Shown piece after piece: positions 1 through 6,678 of a DNA stretch of 21,797 bases. The notes under the pieces were generated by a model, which did no database searches, had not been told where the DNA came from, and saw nothing but the letters and a program-made list of their open reading frames with translations. Source of the DNA: Candidatus Micrarchaeota archaeon (GTDB taxonomy: Archaea; Micrarchaeota; Micrarchaeia; Anstonellales; Bilamarchaeaceae); contig JBFMCO010000061.1 in NCBI GenBank assembly GCA_040754495.1, forward strand, positions 1 through 21,797. The letters are read 5' to 3'. Position numbers and translations under genes: made by a program. The stretch's first letter is position 1. The number at the start of each line of letters is the position of its first letter.

Positions 1-1
1 G

Positions 2-121
2 ATCAAGAAGCCACTGTGGAATAGGTATTATCGGAACATACATGCGGTCCAGCAGTCTATCCGCAACTTTGTCAAGAAGGGTTTCGTGATGCCCAAAATG
101 TTCGCCTATTTATGTCCCTGA
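2..121 (+). mobile_element. 3' end of a CDS, possibly an IS630/Tc1-like transposase C-terminus (partial)
   Basis: Frame +2 reads IKKPLWNRYYRNIHAVQQSIRNFVKKGFVMPKMFAYLCP*, resembling the 'LKxxLxNRxFxxxxxLxxAIxxF' tail of IS630-family DDE transposases. Bases 1-180 are about 45% GC by my count, clearly lower than the downstream genes. No catalytic motif is visible. Confidence 0.35.
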
Positions 122-191
122 CTATGAAATCGTCTGTACGGAGTCTGTATGGATGATGTTTGATGAAACTTTGACCGGCGTTTATACGGAG

Positions 192-220
192 AAAAGTTTC
201 AAGTGAGGGGCATAGTCCGT
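192..220. repeat. Direct-repeat copy of the rnpB 3' end (att-like)
   Basis: 192-220 aaaagtttcaagtgaggggcatagtccgt vs 325-353 aaaagttggaagtgaggggcatagtctgt: 26/29 identical, with a 17-bp exact core (201-217 = 334-350). Confidence 0.9.
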
Positions 221-311
221 GAAAGGGGCTCTCCGGCCATTCTAATGCGTCCCCTTTCAGACCCCCACCTGAGATTTTGCCGAGCGCAGCGAGGCCAACA
301 ACCAGTTTTGA

Positions 312-334
312 TCCAACTTTTCCTAAAAGTTGGA
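312..334 (-). terminator. Perfect 10-bp hairpin immediately downstream of rnpB (terminator-like or REP-like)
   Basis: tccaactttt-cct-aaaagttgga abuts the 3' strand of P1. Terminator function is inferred from position only. Confidence 0.5.
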
Positions 335-644
335 AGTGAGGGGCATAGTCTGTCTTCTGTAGTTAGGCGGCATTTGACTAAGCGGCGCGAAAGCGCCTTG
401 CTCCGTCATCGGATAGGGAAACGTTCATTGGAACTTCGTTCCAAAGCTCCCAAAGCGCTTCGCGCTTTAGGATCGTTGCATCCCTCCGGCTTGCGCCTTC
501 GGGTATCGTTTCTGTACCGCTTCCCCGGCCCTTAAAACCGGATTATCCTCGCGGAGGACAGAACTTCCTCACTGAAAGGAACCTGCGGTTCCTTTCGAAC
601 CTCCCTTACGGAAGATTCACAGCGTGAGCCGCCTGCCCCTCACT
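335..644 (-). ncRNA. rnpB: RNase P RNA (archaeal, type M-like)
   Basis: On the minus strand: P1 AGTGAGGGGCA(644-634)/TGCCCCTCACT(345-335); P2 GGCGGC/GCCGCC; CR-I GAGGAAGTTCTGTC (570-557) pairs with CR-V ACAGAAGACAGACTA (360-346) to form P4 with the bulged U; P5 CTCCG/CGGAG; P7 GGATA/TATCC; P9 (541-525); P10/11 GGAAGCG/CGTTTCC; CR-II ACAGAAAC; GGAGCAAG; short P15 (397-384); CGCTTAGTCAAATG. Length is 310 nt and a TATA box lies upstream. Confidence 0.93.
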
Positions 645-667
645 CTGCAATACTTATGCCCGCTAGG

Positions 668-676
668 TAATTAAAA
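668..676 (-). promoter_or_regulatory. TATA box of rnpB
   Basis: TTTTAATTA on the minus strand, ending about 23 nt before the P1 5' end, the typical archaeal spacing. Confidence 0.65.
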
Positions 677-723
677 GGTGGTTTCCGGCCTTCAGCGCGG
701 AGCGCTGGAGGACTTGTGGCAAT

Positions 724-774
724 CGTGTCCGACGCTTCGGACACGGTGCGCAGGGAACTCTGGTTCCCTGCCGC
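724..774. repeat. REP-like twin-hairpin element, copy 1
   Basis: cgtgtccga-cgct-tcggacacg, gtgc, gcagggaac-tctg-gttccctgc, cgc. Homologous to 3428-3477. Further hairpins flank it (689-711, 841-855). Confidence 0.8.
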
Positions 775-870
775 CGCAGCCACATGGTCTTCGGTTCCGG
801 GTGGGGGTTCAGAACGCGAAACCCAGAACCCGAAACGGCCTGCCGGATGCCGGCAACTGGGTGCTGACGG

Positions 871-1830
871 CTACCTGAACGGCCTGGAATTGCGGCGGAG
901 CGGCCTCATCCCCGAGAGCGTCTGCAGAGATGCCTCGATGGATTCGAGTTCGGCCGGCTCAAGCGCGGCGCACATGTCGGCCTCGATAAGCACGGCCGGG
1001 TAGGCGAAGCTCTCGCTTATCGAGGAAAGGGCGCAGATGACCGAGGCGGCACGGGATACGTCCGAATCCAGCACCTCGATGCGCAGTGGAAGGTCGCTTT
1101 TGGAAGGCTTGAGGTAGAATACCTGTATGCCCTCGCCGAGGGCGGCCAACTCCTTGTTCGGAACCTTGTCCTCGAAATACTTCATCTCGCCCGTGCGCTC
1201 GCCCTCGTCCAGCAGATAGGAGCACAGCAGGCTGTCGGAGCATCCCGCGCCGACTTCCTTCGAGAGCTTGCGCGAGCGAGAGTCCTTTATCACGCCGCAG
1301 AGCATGCAGCCCCTCGCCCCGGAGGCCCCGTACAGCTTCCGGTACAGGCCGAGGACCTCGTCGTAGAGGGGACGGAGCTCACTGTCGTCGCCAGGCCGGT
1401 CAGACGGCAGCGGGAGAAGCGAGCCGTCCATGAGGAGCATCTGGGGGGAGAGCTCTTCGAGGCTGGATATGGCGCATGAGAGCTCGTGCTTCAGGCGCAC
1501 CAGCGAGCGGAAGGCGGCCGAGTCGTGCTCATCGAGCGAGTTCCTTATCTCGATTTCGGGCTCGGGGGACCTGCCCGGGTGATATGCGAATGAAACGAGG
1601 CTGGAATCCCTGTAAACGAAATTCACGCCGACCGCCCTTGCGACGACGATGTCGGCCCCGTGCATGCGGTGCGAGAGAAGGCCGCCATCGACGGCGCAGA
1701 CCGATAGCGAGACAGGCACGGCCTGAACGCGATGGATGGCCACCCTGCCCCGCAGCCCCCTTGCCTTTTCACGCAGGGCCGCCTGGCCCTGCCGCATTTC
1801 CTTTGCGATTGTAGCGAGCTTTTCGAGCAT
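871..1830 (-). CDS. nurA: NurA-family 5'-3' nuclease (about 319 aa)
   Basis: Motifs AVDGG, HE, LMDGSL, GVIKDSRSR, YLKPSKSDLPLRIE and YPAVLIEAD. The ATG at 1830 (MLEKLA) is preferred over the TTG at 1875. Confidence 0.85.
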   Translation of the reverse strand: MLEKLATIAKEMRQGQAALREKARGLRGRVAIHRVQAVPVSLSVCAVDGGLLSHRMHGADIVVARAVGVNFVYRDSSLVSFAYHPGRSPEPEIEIRNSLDEHDSAAFRSLVRLKHELSCAISSLEELSPQMLLMDGSLLPLPSDRPGDDSELRPLYDEVLGLYRKLYGASGARGCMLCGVIKDSRSRKLSKEVGAGCSDSLLCSYLLDEGERTGEMKYFEDKVPNKELAALGEGIQVFYLKPSKSDLPLRIEVLDSDVSRAASVICALSSISESFAYPAVLIEADMCAALEPAELESIEASLQTLSGMRPLRRNSRPFR

Positions 1831-1908
1831 GAAGAGGATATGCCAGAAAGGAATATTATCCGATCCGGCGGGCAAAAAAAATATAAAATAGCAGATGATT
1901 AGTTAACC

Positions 1909-2274
1909 ATGGGGATTTTCACCGGCATGCTTCTTGCGGTTATTGCCATTTCCGTTTTTGCGGGGGCCGCTTTTGCGGCATGGTGCACCGAAGACCTGGA
2001 CAACATGCAGGCGTTCTGCAAATATTACTGCCAGTCCCAGACAGGCGAAACCTGCAGTGTGGAAGTAGCCAGCAGCGAGCAGGAGGGCCTGATGCGCGAG
2101 TGCTCCTGCTATTGCGGCGGCGACCGCGTCTCGTATTACGGCATCGACTGCTCCGCCCCGCCGGTGGAATCACCCGGGGCCGGCGGCGGAGGCGGCTGCG
2201 CATCCGCAGCGATTTTAGGGTCTCTTGGCTTCGGCCTGTTCCTATCGATGAGGGGCATCGGACGCCCGGCATGA
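1909..2274 (+). CDS. Small secreted Cys-rich protein with C-terminal GGGGGC + TM anchor (121 aa)
   Basis: Signal peptide ending AAFA-A, 8-Cys domain, Pro/Gly linker, GGGGGC, hydrophobic segment and basic tail. ATATAAAA lies about 25 nt upstream. Confidence 0.75.
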   Translation: MGIFTGMLLAVIAISVFAGAAFAAWCTEDLDNMQAFCKYYCQSQTGETCSVEVASSEQEGLMRECSCYCGGDRVSYYGIDCSAPPVESPGAGGGGGCASAAILGSLGFGLFLSMRGIGRPA

Positions 2275-2289
2275 TTGAGGGGTAATGAC

Positions 2290-2805
2290 ATGATTCTGTC
2301 TGACAAAGACATCCGGAAAATGCTCGTGGAAGGGAAGATAAGGATAGAGCCGCTCTCGGAAGACCAGATAGGGCCGGCCAGCGTGGACCTCACCCTCGGC
2401 GACGAATGGTACTTCGTGAAGGACGAATATTCCAGGAGGATAGTGGACCTCCGCGACACCGGCTTCCAGGAGGTCTTCGAGATGAAGAAGGCCAAGGACA
2501 TCACCCTGAAGCCGGGTGAGCTGTGCCTTGGGAAGACGGTGGAGAAGCTCACGCTCCCGAACGATGTAATGGGCAAGCTGGAGGGGAGGAGCAGGTACGC
2601 GAGGATGGGCGTCATAATCCACACGACAAGCGCGCTGGTGCAGCCCGGAAGCGACAACCACCAGGTCCTCGAGATAGTCAATCTCGCCCCGTTCCCCATC
2701 AGGATACACGCGGGTATGAGGGTGTCGCAGGTCGTCTTCGAGGCCCTCAAGACGCCGACCGTGAGGCCTTATGCGAAATTCGGGCAGATAGCGAGGCAGC
2801 AGTGA
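2290..2805 (+). CDS. dcd: dCTP deaminase (171 aa)
   Basis: MILSDKDI start, QIGPASVDLTLG, EGRSRYARMG (equivalents of E. coli Ser111/Arg115), VLEIVN (catalytic Glu), GMRVSQVVF. GAGGGG SD upstream. Confidence 0.92.
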   Translation: MILSDKDIRKMLVEGKIRIEPLSEDQIGPASVDLTLGDEWYFVKDEYSRRIVDLRDTGFQEVFEMKKAKDITLKPGELCLGKTVEKLTLPNDVMGKLEGRSRYARMGVIIHTTSALVQPGSDNHQVLEIVNLAPFPIRIHAGMRVSQVVFEALKTPTVRPYAKFGQIARQQ

Positions 2806-3413
2806 TGAAGCTCGATATCGTGACGTGGGCGACAATCGGCATCATGGTCGCGCTCGTCTTCCTTGCAAGCACGTTCATCCAGCCCATGTTCGAGAACCCG
2901 AGGCTGCTCTTCAGGGAGGAGCCCCTGCACAAGAACGTAGAGCTCCAGCTCCAGCCCGGGGAGGTTTACAGGTATTCCTACCTGCTGAACAACACTGCCG
3001 TGAATATCACGTACGCGGTGTTCGAGGGGCCGGGCTGCACGGTGGTGAGGGTTGCCGAGTCGGCGAACGGGACCGGCGTCTGCCTGGATAAGTGGGGCAT
3101 GGACAGGAGCGGCTCGAACTCCACCTTCGAGGACCCGGCTATCCTCCTCTTCAAGCCCTGGATGCTTGCCCTCAACGACACGTGGCGCTGGAACAACTCG
3201 ATGTACCTCTCGTTCAACGGCGCGGAGGACCTTGTCTCGGAGAACCGCTACAGGGTGGTCCGCAGGGAGGAGTATATGGGCAGGGAGAGCTACGTCGTCG
3301 AGATAGCATCGAGCACGGGGCCAGCCGAGTACGACTGGGTGGATGCCAAGAAGAGGGTGCTGCTCAGGGTAATGGGAAGCGGCTACGAGGTAGCGCTGGC
3401 AGAAGAGTCCTGA
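2805..3413 (+). CDS. Hypothetical protein with N-terminal membrane anchor (202 aa)
   Basis: TGATG overlap with dcd, hydrophobic N-terminus, several NxS/T sequons, beta-rich C-terminus. The ORF-track extension to 2523 overlaps dcd and is rejected. Confidence 0.75.
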   Translation: MKLDIVTWATIGIMVALVFLASTFIQPMFENPRLLFREEPLHKNVELQLQPGEVYRYSYLLNNTAVNITYAVFEGPGCTVVRVAESANGTGVCLDKWGMDRSGSNSTFEDPAILLFKPWMLALNDTWRWNNSMYLSFNGAEDLVSENRYRVVRREEYMGRESYVVEIASSTGPAEYDWVDAKKRVLLRVMGSGYEVALAEES

Positions 3414-3427
3414 GTTCCGGGTTCCCT

Positions 3428-3477
3428 ATTGTCCGGCGCTCCGGACAATGGGCGCAGGGAACTGCGTTCCCTGCCGC
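3428..3477. repeat. REP-like twin-hairpin element, copy 2
   Basis: attgtccgg-cgct-ccggacaat, gggc, gcagggaac-tgc-gttccctgc, cgc, located between two convergent stop codons (3413 and 3493). Confidence 0.8.
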
Positions 3478-3492
3478 GGGGTTTTGGACGGC

Positions 3493-3672
3493 TCACGCGC
3501 TCGAGGCGCGGACCACGCTGAGGGGGATGATGTTCTTGTCGAGCTCCTCCTCGGCTATCTGTATGAAAGACGTCTTCTCGTCGCTGACCTTTATCAGCGG
3601 CGGGGCGCCCATCGAGAGCTGGAGCGCCCTTGCGCCTATGAGTCGGGCTACTTCGTATTTCGTGAGGTCCAT
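3493..3672 (-). CDS. rpoK: DNA-directed RNA polymerase subunit Rpo6/K (59 aa; absent from the ORF track)
   Basis: MDLTKYEVARLIGARALQLSMGAPPLIKVSDEKTSFIQIAEEELDKNIIPLSVVRASSA contains the TKYExARxIGARALQxxMGAP signature. Confidence 0.95.
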   Translation of the reverse strand: MDLTKYEVARLIGARALQLSMGAPPLIKVSDEKTSFIQIAEEELDKNIIPLSVVRASSA

Positions 3673-3703
3673 TTGTACACCAGAATGCGTTCAATATTAT
3701 CAA

Positions 3704-4861
3704 TCACAAAACGATATAAACGTTCCCTTTCTTGCCGAGGGTGAGGGCGGTCTCTCCTGAGAACGCCTTGGCCAGGCCCTTCACGACCTTGATGCGCATG
3801 CCCGCCTGGAGGATGGCCCCGCGGTTGTCGAAGAAGTACAGGATGCCCTCGTTGCCCTGCTCGTCGTTCACGAGCACGCGCTGCGCCATGTCCTTCTGCT
3901 TCTTGGTCTTCTGGTACTCTATATTCTCCATGCTTTTCACTACGAGGAGCTCGGTGTTGACGTTCCTCATGCCGTCCTTGATTTTCGTGATGTTGGTGAT
4001 TTTCATCTCCTTGAACCTTTTCTTGGCAAGGCGGAAGGCAAGCCCGATTTCGCGGCGGGCCTCCTCTATCATGCGGTTCATCTCCTGGCGCATGACGTCC
4101 TCATCGCCCCCCGAGACCATCATCGTCTCGTAGGCCTTCTTGAAGAACGTATCCGGGAGGTGCTCGATTTCCTCCCTCTCCTTTATCTCCTCCATCTCCT
4201 GCAATTCGAGGGTTGACGCCTCGAACCCGAGCTTGTCGGTCTCCTTCCCTACGACCTCCAGCTCGCCCTCAAGGCCGCCCTCGGGCTGCGGCTCGGCGGG
4301 CGCCTCCGGGGCATGCCCGGCCTGCGCGGGCGGGGCTTGCGGGGCTGGCTGCGGCAGGTCCCCGATCCTGTCCAAATCCGACATGACCTCCAGGTAGCTC
4401 GTGAGGAACTCCTGCATGGCCTTGCGCCCGTGGTCGTCCTTCTTCTTGCCCTGCGGCTGGTGGGCCTTCTGATAGACACGGTCTATCGTGGGCATGAGCT
4501 TGCTGCGGGCCATCTCGGCCTTCTCCTTGCCCAGGCGCTTCTCGAATATCTGGGTAATCGGGCGGAGCATCTTCTCCTTGGCTTCCGCCTCGGCCTCCGG
4601 CTCCTCGGCCTTCTCATCCTTCTTGTTGAAGATGTTGGCGAACGACATGAGCTCCGGCTCGGTCTGCTTCTTCTTCTCCAGGTACTGCTGCGCGGTCTCG
4701 CGCACGCCCGGGTCCTTGTCGAATGATAGCTCGACGAGGGCGAAGACCGCGGCAGGGTCGTTTATTTCGCCGAGGGACCTGGCGGCATGCTTCCGCACTT
4801 CCGGATTCTCGTCGAACGTGAGGGAGACTAGCTTGTTGATATTGGCCGTGACCGATTCCAT
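3704..4861 (-). CDS. HEAT-repeat protein with C-terminal SSB/RPA-like OB fold (about 385 aa)
   Basis: N-terminal HEAT motifs (DENPEVRKHAARSLGEI; DKDPGVRETA), a charged/Pro-Ala-rich middle, and a C-terminus that aligns by eye with crenarchaeal SSB OB folds. BRE/TATA-like GAAAAGTTAAATAA lies about 30 nt upstream. Confidence 0.75.
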   Translation of the reverse strand: MESVTANINKLVSLTFDENPEVRKHAARSLGEINDPAAVFALVELSFDKDPGVRETAQQYLEKKKQTEPELMSFANIFNKKDEKAEEPEAEAEAKEKMLRPITQIFEKRLGKEKAEMARSKLMPTIDRVYQKAHQPQGKKKDDHGRKAMQEFLTSYLEVMSDLDRIGDLPQPAPQAPPAQAGHAPEAPAEPQPEGGLEGELEVVGKETDKLGFEASTLELQEMEEIKEREEIEHLPDTFFKKAYETMMVSGGDEDVMRQEMNRMIEEARREIGLAFRLAKKRFKEMKITNITKIKDGMRNVNTELLVVKSMENIEYQKTKKQKDMAQRVLVNDEQGNEGILYFFDNRGAILQAGMRIKVVKGLAKAFSGETALTLGKKGNVYIVL

Positions 4862-4915
4862 GCGAATCAGCAACCCTTTCCCAGACAACTTATTTAACTT
4901 TTCCTGATGGGCCGC

Positions 4916-5359
4916 TCAGGTGCACCGGCCGACGAGCGGCTTGTCCCCGTATTGCACCTGCTCCGTGAAATTGGTGAGGTTGTAGGTCATCGTCAGGTCG
5001 AACTCGAACCCTTCCCCGGGCTCGCCGCATTCTATGCCCATATCGCCCGTCACAACCTTCTCCTCGCCGCCCCGGAACGTGACGTTCGAGACGTTGAGTC
5101 CGCTGCCGTCGAATGTCATGTTTATCAGGCGGACCTTCTCGCTGAGGCGATTGGACATCCTGAGGGTTACCGTCGTGTTGTTTATCGCGAATGCCGTTAT
5201 CGAGAACGGCCTCGCCCCGCTCCAGTATGACGCGCTCTGCACCTCGCGGGCAGGCCCGCCGAGGCCCGGAAAGAACCCGAGCAGCGCGATGACTACCAAG
5301 GCTACGATTAGCACTACGGCCAGTATGACAAGGTATTCGGTCGCTCCCTGTCCTTTCAT
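4916..5359 (-). CDS. Class III signal peptide (type IV pilin-like) protein (147 aa)
   Basis: MKG|QGATEYLVILAVVLIVALVVIALLGFFPG has K-G, +1 Q, +5 E and a hydrophobic helix. It also has NxT sequons, two Cys and a GGGGTGG SD. Confidence 0.88.
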   Translation of the reverse strand: MKGQGATEYLVILAVVLIVALVVIALLGFFPGLGGPAREVQSASYWSGARPFSITAFAINNTTVTLRMSNRLSEKVRLINMTFDGSGLNVSNVTFRGGEEKVVTGDMGIECGEPGEGFEFDLTMTYNLTNFTEQVQYGDKPLVGRCT

Positions 5360-5405
5360 TCGGCCACCCCCGGAAATCCTACGAAGAGGGGATTTTTAAT
5401 TATGC

Positions 5406-6476
5406 CTACGACGAGAGCTTCCCGATTGCGTCCAGGCAAAGGTCGAGGCTCTCCATCCTGAAGTTCCCCATGTGGGCGATGCGCAGTCCCGTGTCCTTGA
5501 ACCTGCCCCTGGAGCCGACTATCTTTATCTGGTGCTCGGTCGCGAGTCTTGCCTTTATGGTCTTGGCCTGCTCCGCGTCCTTGCACACGAAGCCCGTGAC
5601 CGTGCTCGACTCGAAGCCCTTCTCGGCAATCAGCGGGAACCCCATTTTTTGCAGCCGCGAGCGCACATGCTCCGCGGCCTCAGAGTGGCGCTTCACGGCC
5701 CCGGGCAGCCCGCCTCCGGCATCCAGCACGTCGAAAGCCTTCTCGAGCGCCCAGAAGAGGGTGATTGCAGGGGTGTTCGGCGTCTGCTGGTCCTGTTCGT
5801 AGCGCTTCCTGTGCCTGCGCAGGTCGCAGTAGTAGCTGGGTATGGACTTGCGCTTCGTGTAGACTTCCACGGCCTCCCGGCCGAGGCCGATTAAGGCCAT
5901 GCCCGGGGGGGCGGCTATGCCCTTCTGGCTTCCGGTCACGAAGGCGTCGACATTGTATTTCTTCATGTCGAATTCCGTCCCGGGCCATGCCGAGATGCCG
6001 TCAATAATCGTGAGCATCCCCTTTGATTTGGCGTAGGCGCATATCTCCTTTATCTGGTTGCGCACGCCCATGCTGGTCTCGTTATAGACCATGGCGAGCG
6101 CCCGCGCCTTGCTGTTGTCTATGTGCTCTTTCGCCCGCTCCAGATTCCAGCCCTTCCCGTCCTCCATCCGCTGGATTACGGGCTTTGCGTATACCTCCAC
6201 GGTCTTGGCCTGGTTGTCCCCGAACTCGCCATTCGGAAGGCAGAGCACCGAATCGTCCTTTTCAAGGAGGTTCAGGACGAGGGTTTCGAGGCCGAGCGCC
6301 CCGGAGCCGGTGAGGACGTAAGCTTCTTCTGCGGAGTAATAGCCCTTCAGGCGCGTCACAAGGTCCCCGTAGAGCTTCGTGAACTCGCCCGAGCGGTGCG
6401 TTATCATCTCTTTGCACTGCGCGTCGAGGATTTCCTTCAGGACGGGCACCGGGCCCGGAGCCAACAGTATGGACAT
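5406..6476 (-). CDS. Class V PLP-dependent aminotransferase (AGT/SPT-like, 356 aa)
   Basis: LLAPGPVPV, HRSGEF, GSGALGLE, YNETSMG, IIDGIS, TGSQKG (PLP lysine), TPNTP, LRIAHMG. Confidence 0.92.
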   Translation of the reverse strand: MSILLAPGPVPVLKEILDAQCKEMITHRSGEFTKLYGDLVTRLKGYYSAEEAYVLTGSGALGLETLVLNLLEKDDSVLCLPNGEFGDNQAKTVEVYAKPVIQRMEDGKGWNLERAKEHIDNSKARALAMVYNETSMGVRNQIKEICAYAKSKGMLTIIDGISAWPGTEFDMKKYNVDAFVTGSQKGIAAPPGMALIGLGREAVEVYTKRKSIPSYYCDLRRHRKRYEQDQQTPNTPAITLFWALEKAFDVLDAGGGLPGAVKRHSEAAEHVRSRLQKMGFPLIAEKGFESSTVTGFVCKDAEQAKTIKARLATEHQIKIVGSRGRFKDTGLRIAHMGNFRMESLDLCLDAIGKLSS

Positions 6477-6628
6477 AGAATCACGGGGGGACTAGGCATG
6501 CAAAGGATAAAAGGCCATCGGGCGGCTAGGCTCAGGGGTGGTCTGCGCCTGCAACGAAGACGTGATGGCTGGTGGATTAGTGTCGAGGCGCAGGTATCAG
6601 CATATGTGGTGCGATAGACGGGGTGGGA

Positions 6629-6636
6629 TTTATAAA
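6629..6636 (+). promoter_or_regulatory. Candidate TATA box for the panD-V4R-UbiA operon
   Basis: TTTATAAA in a GC-rich intergenic region, 43 nt before the panD ATG. Confidence 0.5.
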
Positions 6637-6678
6637 CACTGGATAAGAGAATCTTGCTTGCGAGCCCGGAGAATTCTT

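Noticed and set aside
192-353. CRISPR array interpretation of the direct repeat
   Set aside because: There are only two copies about 104 nt apart, one is part of rnpB, and no cas genes are present.
203-1003. ORF-track proteins 203-535, 678-878 and 716-1003
   Set aside because: They are antisense to rnpB or overlap hairpin repeats and the nurA end, and show no protein-like motifs.
2575-2685. dCTP deaminase motif deviation (VQPG instead of IDPG) as a sign of a new activity
   Set aside because: The catalytic Ser, Arg and Glu equivalents are intact, and one substitution is not enough to claim altered specificity.
6543-6593. 8-bp inverted repeat (ctgcgcct/aggcgcag) upstream of panD as a riboswitch or operator
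   Set aside because: It is short, GC-rich and has a 35-nt spacer, so it is expected by chance. No riboswitch consensus is recognisable.
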